DNA of 60,620 bases, the filler included. It is 6 parts of 6 records of this genome, joined end to end, with 100 filler letters (N's around TTAATTAATTAA, not from the genome) between each part and the next. Parts side by side here need not be neighbours in the genome. Positions count along the whole stretch, not along the records: positions 26,669 to 36,692 come from SRR2962707_5569; positions 36,793 to 46,835 come from SRR2962707_5577; 4 more parts are not named here. The stretch is one strand, 5' to 3'. How positions within the stretch are numbered: the stretch's first letter is position 1; every line of letters starts with the position of its first letter. This document shows positions 31,755 to 43,175 of the stretch, one piece after another. Position numbers and translations under genes: made by a program. The notes beneath the pieces were generated by a model that was not told the origin of the DNA, did not search any database, and saw only the letters and a program-made list of their open reading frames with translations.

Positions 31755-33662
31755 TCAGTTCAGTTTTGTCATCCGCCGATTGATTTCCTCGACCAACTGA
31801 AAATAGGACTCCTCAATCAATGCGGGTGTAAGGGTATCAAATATGGCATCTTTCATCGTGCGTAGAATATCTCTTGCCACATCACTTTCTATTCCATTCT
31901 TCCTAAGCCAGTTTTCAAGAAATTTTAGTTTTCCACCCTCGTCAGGTAAGTCTGCAGAAGAGATTTTCGGTAGTGCGAAGCCCTCGATTGCTGTTTTGAA
32001 ATGACTAACAATGTGATTGTTTTTTATGAAATCTTCTCCCGTGATTGCGCTTAGAGATGGAAGCATATCTTGGTACGTGTTCCACTCCCCGAAGCCTTTT
32101 GTACTTTGAAAGAGTTTCTTTTGCTCTTTTGCGGGGGCATCGGAGTCGCTGACAATCATGCAACGTCTGTCGGCAATCTCCATCATTGGTGTGATGGTTC
32201 TGATATGCTTTGCGCCATTGGCATGACACATGCCAACGTCCTTGAATGTTGATTTAACGTTCGCTGAAGCTTTTTGGAGTGCGACCTTGAATAATGCTTT
32301 ATCTTTCCAGCCTTCGAAAATCAGATTTTTGGATTTGAGTGCCGAGAAGATTGAATGCCCAAGCGCGTTGTAGAGTACTTCTTCGTCGGCGATGTTGGAA
32401 TCTTTTGCGGATTCGATTGAGGAGACTTCATTCTTTTTCGTGACGATATAGTGGCGGTTTATATCTTCGACATCGATCATAAAAATTGAATGCGTGCTGA
32501 AGACCACATAGTTGTTTTGAGCGATACGGATAAGTTCTTCTTTAAGGTATCTTGCTCCGGACGGGTGTAATCCGATCTCTGGCTCGTCGATAAGGAGTAG
32601 TGCGTTCTCCAGAGACTTGCTTTTGACATCAGCGGAAATCATCAGAAGGAATGTGATAAAACGCTTGAAACCGTCACTTCGCTTGGAAAAATCGAAGCTG
32701 TTCTTTTCTTTTATCCCCGGAATTACCTTTTCACCGTCAAGCCTGAGTTGAAATTCGATCCCCTTTAGCTCCGGCCAAATTGAGCGGAAATGCGACGTCG
32801 CTCGTTTTGCAATCCGGTCAAAAAAATTCTGTTGTCGATTTTGGCTTTGAAGTTTTAAAGCTTCTAACTCTTTGCGTATCTCGCTTACGCCGGATAAGAG
32901 AAACAAATTCCACAATGGTGTGCAGTCTGAGGGTTTCGCCGCAAATTCTTCAATCAAAACCTCTGATGGGAGCAGGTTCTTTTCGTCGTACTCCCAAAAA
33001 ATACATGGCACCAGATTTAATCGAGCGACATTTACTGCTGCCATTCCAATCGCATTTCGAACAGAAATGGAGGACGCGGGGTCAATGTACGCCTTAGGTA
33101 TCTCAGGAAAATCTTGAAGGTTAACTAGCTCGAAATGCGACAGTGGTTTGTCCTGCCCGTTAACAGAAATATTAAAGTCCGCCGGACAGTTTTTGTTGGG
33201 CACCCCCCACGATCCGACAACGTCGAAAGCGGTTGATATAGGCGGGTAGTAAAACGTTTTGTTTTCTCTCTTTAGATTTACCTCATAGGTGATTTCGTTA
33301 ATCCGCTCACAAAGTTGGTGTAGTCTTTCTTCCGTACCCGCTCGGGAGGCGACGACAGGGTTTGGGTTCTTGCTCAGAATTTTTGTGTTTGCCCTTTTTA
33401 TGATTTCGCTTGTTTCTGATTTGTCGAAATGGAAGTTGAACTGAATACGCGCGATTGTTGGTTCAGGTTCGCTGGGGAGAGCTTCGCGGACATCGTCTTT
33501 CGCGCTGGGCTCTCTGTCGTCGTCCAAGAATGAAAGCGCTTTTAGGATATTCGATTTTCCAGACTCGTTTATCCCGACCAAGACTCGACACTTTGGATCG
33601 AGCAGAACTTTTACATCTCGAATTGACCGATAGTTTTTAATTTCAACGAATTTCAGTTGCAT
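31755..33662 (-). CDS. OLD-family ATP-dependent nuclease (ABC ATPase plus TOPRIM)
   Basis: Walker A GINESGKS, SDGFK signature, Walker B LLIDEPE, STHS, TOPRIM EGWKD and DSD; AT-rich relative to flanks. Confidence 0.85.
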   Translation of the reverse strand: MQLKFVEIKNYRSIRDVKVLLDPKCRVLVGINESGKSNILKALSFLDDDREPSAKDDVREALPSEPEPTIARIQFNFHFDKSETSEIIKRANTKILSKNPNPVVASRAGTEERLHQLCERINEITYEVNLKRENKTFYYPPISTAFDVVGSWGVPNKNCPADFNISVNGQDKPLSHFELVNLQDFPEIPKAYIDPASSISVRNAIGMAAVNVARLNLVPCIFWEYDEKNLLPSEVLIEEFAAKPSDCTPLWNLFLLSGVSEIRKELEALKLQSQNRQQNFFDRIAKRATSHFRSIWPELKGIEFQLRLDGEKVIPGIKEKNSFDFSKRSDGFKRFITFLLMISADVKSKSLENALLLIDEPEIGLHPSGARYLKEELIRIAQNNYVVFSTHSIFMIDVEDINRHYIVTKKNEVSSIESAKDSNIADEEVLYNALGHSIFSALKSKNLIFEGWKDKALFKVALQKASANVKSTFKDVGMCHANGAKHIRTITPMMEIADRRCMIVSDSDAPAKEQKKLFQSTKGFGEWNTYQDMLPSLSAITGEDFIKNNHIVSHFKTAIEGFALPKISSADLPDEGGKLKFLENWLRKNGIESDVARDILRTMKDAIFDTLTPALIEESYFQLVEEINRRMTKLN

Positions 33663-33827
33663 GATTTTCTCGCGTGAGCCGATGCGGGCGAATCAATAGT
33701 ACCAGTCTATTGATTCCGACAAATAGTCTTGGATCGATTATTTCGAATCCGAAACATCTTTATTGAGAAGGTAAGACGAGGAGGGGGCGTTGAACTTCTC
33801 TGTCGCTGCAGCCGGAAGATGTACGAG

Positions 33828-33853
33828 TGGGCCCCGGCTTTCGCCGGGGTGAC
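33828..33853 (-). repeat. REP-like palindrome
   Basis: Minus strand GTCACCCCGGC-GAAA-GCCGGGGCCCA, the GTCA-headed alphaproteobacterial type; single copy in the window. Confidence 0.65.
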
Positions 33854-33856
33854 ACT

Positions 33857-35484
<1,628 letters not shown>

Positions 35485-35488
<4 letters not shown>

Positions 35489-36162
35489 TTGCGGAGTGTC
35501 TCCGTTATTTCGGCCATGATGGAGATGGCGATTTCGGCGGGGCTCTTTGCACCGATGGCGAGGCCGACGGGGCCGTGAATGCGGGCAATCTCATCCTCGG
35601 AGAAATCGGCTTCCGTCAGGCGGGTGACGCGGGCGGCATGGGTCTTTTTCGAGCCGAGCGAGCCGATATAGAAGGCGGAGCTGCGCAGCGCCACCTGCAG
35701 GGCGGGGTCGTCGAGCTTCGGGTCGTGGGTGAGGGTGACGATGGCGGTGCGCGCATCGGGCGCGAGGGCGGACATGGCTTCGTCCGGCCAGTCTGCCACG
35801 AGGTGGATATCCGGGAAGCGCTCCTCCGAGGCAAAGGATGTGCGCGGGTCGATGACCGTCACGTCGTAGCCCGAGAGTGCGCCCATGCGGGCAAGGGGCT
35901 GGGCAATGTGAACCGCGCCGACAAGAACGAGGCGGAGCGGCGGGTTGAAGGGGTTGAGGAACCACTCACCATCAGGGCCCTCCAGAATGCGCCCCTTGTC
36001 GCCGGCAAGCACTTCAGATGCCGCTTCAATTAACCAAGATTTTTCTTGTTTATCAGATGGATATACCAGTTTCTGGATTCCATCCGTTAACCTCGTCGCG
36101 AGTACGACGGCGCGCTTTTCGGCACGATCGCGGACAAGCTGGTTGAGGATCGGGGCGTCCAT
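35485..36162 (-). CDS. XdhC/CoxF family protein, C-terminal Rossmann part
   Basis: MDAPILNQ start; VGAVHIAQ, THDPKLDD, YIGSLGS, GPVGLAIGAKSPAEIA. Confidence 0.88.
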
Positions 36163-36163
36163 C

Positions 36164-36499
36164 TCAGCCCTTGACCGGCTCGACCATGACGCGGATGCGG
36201 CCGCCGCAGGCAAGGCCAACTTCCCAGGCCATGGCGTCGGAGACGCCGTATTCGAGGACTTCCGGCCTGCCAGTTTCGAGCGTGTCGAGGGCGCGGGTGA
36301 CGACGTCACCCTCGATGCAGCCTCCGGAGACGGAACCGACAAAGGTGGCGTCGTCGCGGATCGCGAGCTGGCTGCCGACGGGGCGCGGGGCGGAGCCCCA
36401 GGTCTCGATGACTGTGGCAAGCGCGACCTTGCGGCCCTCGGCCTGCCAGCGGGCGGCTTCTTCCAGCACGTTGTCGTGGCTTGCTGCGCGATCGCTCAT
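36164..36499 (-). CDS. XdhC/CoxI family protein, N-terminal domain
   Basis: TWGSAPRPVGS, GSVSGGCIE, VGLACGG. Confidence 0.9.
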   Translation of the reverse strand: MSDRAASHDNVLEEAARWQAEGRKVALATVIETWGSAPRPVGSQLAIRDDATFVGSVSGGCIEGDVVTRALDTLETGRPEVLEYGVSDAMAWEVGLACGGRIRVMVEPVKG

Positions 36500-36692
36500 G
36501 CGGCTTCCTTCCTTGCCGGCTTTTCCGGCTTCCTTCCGATATGGGCATCGGAAAGGGCTTCGACCAGAGAGGCGAGGGAGGCGATGTTGTGGACCGGGCG
36601 GAACTCGTCCACATGCGGCAGGAGCGCCTTGACGCCCAGCGCCTTCGGCTCGAAGCGGTCGTAGCGCAGCAGCGGGTTCAGCCAGATCAGGC
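36496..36692 (-). CDS. CoxE-like VWA protein, C-terminal fragment
   Basis: LIWLNPLLRYDRFEPKALGVKALLPHVDEFRPVHN...EAA*; ATGA overlap with next gene. Confidence 0.85.
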
Positions 36693-36792
36693 NNNNNNNN
36701 NNNNNNNNNNNNNNNNNNNNNNNNNNNNNNNNNNNNTTAATTAATTAANNNNNNNNNNNNNNNNNNNNNNNNNNNNNNNNNNNNNNNNNNNN
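36693..36792. other. Artificial contig linker
   Basis: N-run, TTAATTAATTAA, N-run. Confidence 0.99.
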
Positions 36793-36868
36793 CACCTATG
36801 AGGGCACCCATGATGTCCACGCCCTGATCCTGGGTCGCGCCCAGACAGGCCTGCAGGCCTTTTTCTAG
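36793..36868 (+). CDS. Glutaryl-CoA-type acyl-CoA dehydrogenase, C-terminal fragment
   Basis: TYEGTHDVHALILGRAQTGLQAFF*. Confidence 0.85.
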
Positions 36869-36890
36869 GCGCCTATCAATATCTGACGTC

Positions 36891-38078
36891 GTGGAGATGC
36901 CCGTGAGCGCCCCTGATCAACTTCCCCCTCTGGCCGGCCTGCGTGTCGTGGAACTGGCGCGCATTCTGGCCGGCCCCTGGCTGGGCCAGACACTGGCTGA
37001 TCTGGGTGCCGAGGTGATCAAGATCGAAAGCCCGGAGGGCGACGACACCCGGAGTTGGGGCCCGCCGTTCATGGACCGTGATGACGGCAAGGGCGGCACC
37101 GAACGCGTGGCGGCCTATTTTCAGGCGGCCAATCGCGGCAAGACTTCGGTGGTGTGCGACCTGACCAAGGCTGGCGATCTCGCGCGGCTCAAGGCGCTGA
37201 TCGCTGAAGCCGATGTGGTGATCGAGAACTTCAAGGTTGGCGGCCTGGCCAAGTATGGCCTCGATTACGAGAGCGTGTCGCAGAGCAATCCGCGGCTGGT
37301 CTATGCCTCGATCACCGGCTTTGGCCAGAATGGCCCCCGCGCCGCCCAGCCCGGCTATGATTTTCTGATCCAGGGCATGTCGGGCATCATGGATCTGACC
37401 GGCGAGCCGGACGGCGAACCGCAAAAGGTCGGGGTGGCCTGGGTCGATATCTTCACCGGGCTTTATGGCGTGATCGGTGTGCAGGCAGCGCTGGCCGAGC
37501 GTGCACGCTCGGGCAAGGGGCAGCATATCGATCTGGCGCTGCTCGATACCGCCGTTGCGGTGCTGGCCAATCAGGCCATGAACTACATGATCGGGGGCGA
37601 GGTGCCGCATCGGCTGGGCAATGCGCATCCCAATATCGTGCCCTATCAGGTGTTCCCCGCTTCGGACGGCCATCTGATCATCGCCTGCGGCAATGACCGA
37701 CAGTTTGTCGGCCTGTGCGGCGCGCTTGGCGTGGCCGAACTGAGCCAGGACGCCGAGTATGCCACCAATCCGGCGCGCGTCGCCAACCGCGTCGCGCTGA
37801 CGGCCCTGCTCGAAGCCCGCACCAGACAACGCAGCCGCGCCGACCTGATTGCCGCGCTGGGTGTTGCCGGTGTGCCGTGCGGGCCAATCAATACCGTGGC
37901 AGATGCGCTGGACGACCCGCAATTGCAGGCGCGCGAGCTGGCCATTGCGCCACAGGGCGTACCCGGCCTGCGCAGCCCGCTGCAATTCTCGCGCAGCCCG
38001 CTGGCACTGGAGCATTCTGCCCCAACGCTGGGCGCCAGCGACATGCCGGTGTGGTCAAAGCGTGATGATCCGGCCTGA
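36891..38078 (+). CDS. CaiB/BaiF family III CoA transferase
   Basis: LARILAGP, GDDTRSWGPP, NRGKTS, PGYD, GNAHPNIVPYQ. Confidence 0.93.
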   Translation: MEMPVSAPDQLPPLAGLRVVELARILAGPWLGQTLADLGAEVIKIESPEGDDTRSWGPPFMDRDDGKGGTERVAAYFQAANRGKTSVVCDLTKAGDLARLKALIAEADVVIENFKVGGLAKYGLDYESVSQSNPRLVYASITGFGQNGPRAAQPGYDFLIQGMSGIMDLTGEPDGEPQKVGVAWVDIFTGLYGVIGVQAALAERARSGKGQHIDLALLDTAVAVLANQAMNYMIGGEVPHRLGNAHPNIVPYQVFPASDGHLIIACGNDRQFVGLCGALGVAELSQDAEYATNPARVANRVALTALLEARTRQRSRADLIAALGVAGVPCGPINTVADALDDPQLQARELAIAPQGVPGLRSPLQFSRSPLALEHSAPTLGASDMPVWSKRDDPA

Positions 38079-38229
38079 GCCATCGCGGCGAATGTGATCA
38101 CGTGCGGGTTTGACGCGCGCGAGAGCTTCGATCAAAGATGGCCGCCTTTGAGGCAGATCAGTTGGATTCCCGTCATGCCCGGGTCTCTTGAACCGCATCT
38201 TGCTGGACGGTTCAGGGATCGGGATTGCG

Positions 38230-39435
38230 TTGACCAGAGTAAAGATCGAGCGCGGCTCCCCTGACTATTGGCGCGCCTCTGCTGCGCTGTTTCTGGCCGC
38301 TTTTTCCGTCTTTGCCGCCGTCTATTCGGTGCAGCCGCTGCTACCGGTCTTTGCCGTGGAATTTGGCCTCGATGCCGCGACAAGTTCGGTCTCGCTGTCG
38401 GCGACGACGGCCACGCTGGCGCTCTCACTGGTGCTGATCGGCTGGCTGGGCAATCGGTTCAACCGCAAGCGATTGATGTTGACCACCATGCTGGCGACGG
38501 CTGTGCTGGTGCTGGCAGTGCCCGCCAGCGTGGACTGGACCAGCCTGGTCACGGCACGCGCGCTGCTGGGTATTGCGGTTTGCGGGGTGCCAGCCATCGC
38601 CATGGTCTATCTGGCCGAAGAAATGTCCAATTCGGCGCTGGGGCTGGGCATGGGGCTGTTCGTCGGTGGTTCGGCCCTGGGTGGCATGAGCGGGCGGCTG
38701 ATGGTGGGATATCTCTCGGAGATGATCGGATGGCGCGCCGCGCTGACGGCGCTGGGCGTGCTGATCCTGATCAATGCGCTGGTCTTCCTGCTGCTATTGC
38801 CCGCGCCCAAAACCCCGCGCGCGACAACGCTGAGCGTGCGCCAATTGGGCGCCAATTTCGCCAGTGTGTTGTCCGACAAGGCACTGCCCCTGTTGTTTTT
38901 GTGCTCGTTCCTGATGATGGGTGGCTTTGTCGCCATCTATAACTATGTCGGCTTCCGCCTGCTCGCCCCACCCTACAATCTTGATCATGGCCAGATCGCA
39001 CTGGTGTTTGTTGTCTATCTGGTGGGCACGTTGGGCTCGGCCTGGATGGGCTCGCTGGCCGGACGACTGGGGCGGCGCAAAGTGTTCTGGCCGCTGATTG
39101 TGGTGATGCTGACGGGATTGGCGATCACCCTGATGAGTTCGCTCTGGGCCATTGTGGCCGGCATGGCGATCATGACCTTCTCGTTTTTTGGCGCACATTC
39201 GATCGCCAGCGCCTGGGTGGCGCGCCGGTCCCAGGATGCGCGGGCGCAGGGCAGCGCCATCTATCTTCTGGCCTATTATGCCGGCTCAAGCGTCATCGGC
39301 ACGCTGGGCGGCTATGGCTGGAGCCATTGGGGCTGGCCAGGCGTGGTGGGCTTTTCGGCCATCACCTTTACTATCGCCCTGCTGCTGGCCTGGCGGCTCT
39401 ACATCCTGCCGCCGCTCAACCTGCCCGTGGATTGA
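38230..39435 (+). CDS. MFS transporter (YnfM-like); start approximate
   Basis: About 12 TM helices; YSVQPLLP, AMVYLAEE, FFGAHSIASAWV. Confidence 0.88.
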   Translation: MTRVKIERGSPDYWRASAALFLAAFSVFAAVYSVQPLLPVFAVEFGLDAATSSVSLSATTATLALSLVLIGWLGNRFNRKRLMLTTMLATAVLVLAVPASVDWTSLVTARALLGIAVCGVPAIAMVYLAEEMSNSALGLGMGLFVGGSALGGMSGRLMVGYLSEMIGWRAALTALGVLILINALVFLLLLPAPKTPRATTLSVRQLGANFASVLSDKALPLLFLCSFLMMGGFVAIYNYVGFRLLAPPYNLDHGQIALVFVVYLVGTLGSAWMGSLAGRLGRRKVFWPLIVVMLTGLAITLMSSLWAIVAGMAIMTFSFFGAHSIASAWVARRSQDARAQGSAIYLLAYYAGSSVIGTLGGYGWSHWGWPGVVGFSAITFTIALLLAWRLYILPPLNLPVD

Positions 39436-39559
39436 AGCAGCAAAAAATTGCATGACGGGTGCCCGCCCGCGATGCGATAACGGACCACACCTGCAAACTG
39501 TCCGGAACCGCAATGCTGCCTGAAACCCGATCCAAGCGCCCGGACGCGCCCTGCCTGTT

Positions 39560-41314
39560 GTGGCCATGATCAACGGTGCAGCCGTCTCACGACGCTATAT
39601 CCGGCTGAGCACGCTCAATGCGCTGATCGGGCTGAGCCTGTGTGGCGCGGCGGCCTATTTCGGTGGTCGCACGGCGTCTGATCTGCAGGCGAGCCAACTG
39701 GGCGCAGCGGCGCAGCAAATTCTCAATGTGCAGGCCGAGGCGCTGAACGGTGCGCTCGACAAGTACCGCATGCTGCCAGTGATGCTGGGACACCGTCCGG
39801 ACACAGCAGCGCTGTTCGAACCGGGGGCGGACACGGCAGCGACGCGGCGCATTGCCGTGCAGGCAGCGGGTATTTCAGGCGCACTGGACGTGGTGTTTGT
39901 GCGCCCCACAGGCGCAGTTCTGGCGCGGGCCTCGGCCTCGGTGGCGGATGTTATTGCCCCTGATTCAGATCTGATGCGTGCCGCCCTGCAGGGGCGGCTG
40001 GGCCGCGACGAACGGGTGCTGGCAGATGGCCGGCGCACTTATGTGTTCAGTTCGGCAATGTGGCAGGGCACCACCGTGATCGGCGCAGTGGCGGTCTATG
40101 TCGACCTTGAAACCATCGAGGACAACTGGTCGCTGATCAACAATCCCATTCTGGCGTCTGACGCCTCAGGCATGGTGATCATTTCCAACCGCCCTGCCTG
40201 GCGGATGGCACCGCGGCCCGATTTCCGCAATACGGTGGAGGGTGGTGGCGCCAATCCAATGCTCGAAGAACCGACCCGCTATCTGGCCCGTTCGCGCTAT
40301 CTGGCGCCGCTGAACTGGACGCTGACCGTCTTGTTGCAGGCCGCACCGATGCGGCTGGCGGCAGCCCTGTGGGGCGGGCTGGCGGCGGCGCTGATGCTGG
40401 GTCTGACGCTGGCCGTGCAGATGCTGATCAACCGCAACTTTGCCATTGTGCGCCGCACCAGGGCACAGCGTGCCAATGCCCTGCGGCTGGAACGGATCGT
40501 GCGCGACAGAACCCGCGAACTGCTCGATACCAATACCTCGCTGGCCTATGAGGTTGGGGAACGCAAGGCGGCGGTCGAGATGTTGCGCAAGACCCAGGCC
40601 GAACTGGTACAGACCGGCAAGATGGCCGCGCTGGGCCAGATGTCGACGGCGCTGTCACACGAGATCAATCAGCCGCTTTCGGCGGTCAAAACCTATGCGC
40701 AGAATGCGCTGACCTATCTGCAACGGGGCCGGCAATCCGAGGCGATGGAGAATATCGGCCGCATTTCGGAGCTGACCGACCGGATGGCAGCAATCTCCAA
40801 GCATTTGCGCAACTTTGCGCGCAAGCCCAACCCGACATTCGGCTCGACCACCATTGCCAAGGTCATCGAAGACGCGCTGCTCGTGGTATCGGCCCGCTTG
40901 CGTGAGCAGAGCGTGACGGTGACCACCGATCTGCACGATGCGGGCTTGCTGGTGCGGGGCGGACCGGTGCGGCTGCAGCAGGTGATGGTCAATCTGATCC
41001 TGAACGCACTCGACGCCATGAAGGGCCAAGCCGACCCGACAATTGCGATCAGCGTTGCGCAGGTCGAGAACACTGTGCAGGTCTCGGTCCGCGACAATGG
41101 ACCGGGCATTGAAACTCAAGACCTCGACCAGATCTTTGATCCGTTCTTTACCACCAAGGAGGTCGGTCAGGGCCTGGGTCTGGGCTTGTCGATCTCCTAC
41201 AACATCATCAAGGATTTCGGCGGCACCTTGTCGGCTCACAATAGTGAGGATGGTGGCGCCTGCTTTGTGGTCAGTCTGGATCAGGGCGAAGGTGAACAGG
41301 TGGCTGCGCAATGA
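39560..41314 (+). CDS. DctB-like sensor histidine kinase
   Basis: LGQMSTALSHEINQPL, NALDAM, DNGPG, FFTTK, GLGLGLS. Confidence 0.9.
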   Translation: MAMINGAAVSRRYIRLSTLNALIGLSLCGAAAYFGGRTASDLQASQLGAAAQQILNVQAEALNGALDKYRMLPVMLGHRPDTAALFEPGADTAATRRIAVQAAGISGALDVVFVRPTGAVLARASASVADVIAPDSDLMRAALQGRLGRDERVLADGRRTYVFSSAMWQGTTVIGAVAVYVDLETIEDNWSLINNPILASDASGMVIISNRPAWRMAPRPDFRNTVEGGGANPMLEEPTRYLARSRYLAPLNWTLTVLLQAAPMRLAAALWGGLAAALMLGLTLAVQMLINRNFAIVRRTRAQRANALRLERIVRDRTRELLDTNTSLAYEVGERKAAVEMLRKTQAELVQTGKMAALGQMSTALSHEINQPLSAVKTYAQNALTYLQRGRQSEAMENIGRISELTDRMAAISKHLRNFARKPNPTFGSTTIAKVIEDALLVVSARLREQSVTVTTDLHDAGLLVRGGPVRLQQVMVNLILNALDAMKGQADPTIAISVAQVENTVQVSVRDNGPGIETQDLDQIFDPFFTTKEVGQGLGLGLSISYNIIKDFGGTLSAHNSEDGGACFVVSLDQGEGEQVAAQ

Positions 41315-42654
41315 GTTTGCCCATCGAAGTGCTGCTGGTTGATGATGAAGAAGATCTGCGCCGGGCGACCAGCCAGACATTGGATCTGGTCGGGTTTCCG
41401 GTGCGCACGACCGCCTCGGCGGAAGAAGCGCTCGCCTCGGTCTCGCGCGGCTGGCACGGCATTCTTGTGACCGATATCCGCATGCCCGGCATGGACGGCA
41501 TGACCCTGTTGCGCAAGGCGGTCGCCATTGATCCCGACCTGCCGGTGCTGCTGCTGACCGGGCATGGCGACGTCAATCTGGCGGTCGATGCGATGCGCGA
41601 TGGCGCCTATGATTTCATCGAGAAACCCTTTTCGGTCGAACGCCTGCTCGATTCCATTACCCGCGCGATGGAAAAGCGCCAGCTGACACTGGAAAACCGC
41701 GCCCTGCGCTCCAGCGTTGCCAATCGTTCCGATGATCTGGAGACCCGTCTGGTGGGACGGACGCCGGTCATGGTGGCCGTGCGTAAGCAGATCCGCGCCG
41801 TTGCGCCCACCCGGGCCGATGTGCTGATCGTAGGCGACACCGGGACCGGCAAGGAGTTGGCCGCGCGCGCCATCCACGATCTGTCGTCAGAGGAAGACCG
41901 GCCCTTTGTCGCCATCAATTGCGCGGCCATCCCCGCAGAGATGATGGAGGCCGAATTGTTCGGCTATGAGGTTGGGGCCTTTGCCGGCGCGATGCGGGCC
42001 CGGGTGGGCAAGTTCGAACATGCCCGCAATGGCACGATCTTCCTGGACGATATCGAGAACATGCCGCTCTATCTGCAGGCCAAGCTGTTGCGCGTGGTAC
42101 AGGAGCGGGCCGTGACGCGGTTGGGGTCGCACGAGCCGATCGCGCTCAATGCGCGCTTCATCGCAACTTCCAGCGTTGATCTGGAGCGGGCCGCCAATGA
42201 GGAGAGCTTTCGCAAGGATCTGCTCTATCGGCTCAACATCGCCACGTTGCGCCTGCCGCCACTGGCCGACCGGGCCGAGGACATCCCTGCCCTGTTTGCC
42301 CATCTGGTTCAGATCGTTGCCACGCAGTTGCGTGTGGCGGCGCCAAGCCTGTCCACCAGCTATCTGTCCAGCCTGAGCCTTCGCCCCTGGCCGGGCAATG
42401 TTCGCGAATTGCGCAATGCCGCCGAACGCTATGTTCTGGGCATTGATGGCGTTGAAGAGGCTCGTGCCGCCACCAGTGCAACGACGCTGCGCGAGCGGGT
42501 CCAGGCCTTTGAACGCCAGGCCATCGCCGACGAACTCCGCGCCCAGAATGGCAGCCTGAAGGCCGTCTACGAGGTTCTCGGCCTATCGCGGAAATCGCTA
42601 TACGAAAAAATGGTCAAGCTGGGGCTGGACCGCAAGGACTTCCGGGAGGACTGA
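41311..42654 (+). CDS. DctD-like response regulator (REC-AAA+-HTH)
   Basis: Receiver domain, GDTGTGKE, GAFAGA, WPGNVRELRN, Fis-type HTH. Confidence 0.9.
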   Translation: MSLPIEVLLVDDEEDLRRATSQTLDLVGFPVRTTASAEEALASVSRGWHGILVTDIRMPGMDGMTLLRKAVAIDPDLPVLLLTGHGDVNLAVDAMRDGAYDFIEKPFSVERLLDSITRAMEKRQLTLENRALRSSVANRSDDLETRLVGRTPVMVAVRKQIRAVAPTRADVLIVGDTGTGKELAARAIHDLSSEEDRPFVAINCAAIPAEMMEAELFGYEVGAFAGAMRARVGKFEHARNGTIFLDDIENMPLYLQAKLLRVVQERAVTRLGSHEPIALNARFIATSSVDLERAANEESFRKDLLYRLNIATLRLPPLADRAEDIPALFAHLVQIVATQLRVAAPSLSTSYLSSLSLRPWPGNVRELRNAAERYVLGIDGVEEARAATSATTLRERVQAFERQAIADELRAQNGSLKAVYEVLGLSRKSLYEKMVKLGLDRKDFRED

Positions 42655-42661
42655 AGCCCGA

Positions 42662-43081
42662 TCAGCGCCGGGTCAGTTCAACCACCGGAATGGTGCGTGT
42701 GGTCTTTTGCGCATAGTCGGCGAACTGGGGGAACAGGCTCGCCTGTCTGGCATAGGTCGCATCGCGCTCTGCTCCCTCAAGGATGCGCGCCCGAACCGGG
42801 AGCCGCTCAATTGTGGTGCCATCACCAACGGAAATATCGAATTCCGGCTGAGCGACGATATTGTGAAACCAGGATGGGTCCTTGGGACCGCCGGCATAGG
42901 ACGCAAAGACGAACCAGCGGTTGTCGTCCTGTGGCAGGAACATCAGGGGCTGGGTGCGCTCGACGCCTGACTTGGCCCCAATGGCATGCAGCAGCAGCAC
43001 AGGGGCATCTTTGAAATAGCCACCCGGCTTGCCGCCATTGGCATTGAAGTCTGCAATCACCTGATCGTTGAAGTCGCTCAT
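42662..43081 (-). CDS. Deazaflavin(F420)-dependent nitroreductase family protein
   Basis: DFNDQVIADFNANGG, GAKSG, ASYAGGPKDPSWFHN, YAQKTTRTIPVVEL. Confidence 0.85.
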   Translation of the reverse strand: MSDFNDQVIADFNANGGKPGGYFKDAPVLLLHAIGAKSGVERTQPLMFLPQDDNRWFVFASYAGGPKDPSWFHNIVAQPEFDISVGDGTTIERLPVRARILEGAERDATYARQASLFPQFADYAQKTTRTIPVVELTRR

Positions 43082-43175
43082 GGTCCCTGCCCTTGCCTAT
43101 GTATGTCGTCCAGACCCCAAAGGTGGGGTACCGGGTCCGACGGCACAAGGGGGCAGCACCATTCTTGCTGAGCCA

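Noticed and set aside
38177-38223. Imperfect hairpin before the MFS gene
   Set aside because: No recognisable riboswitch motif, and the start codon is uncertain
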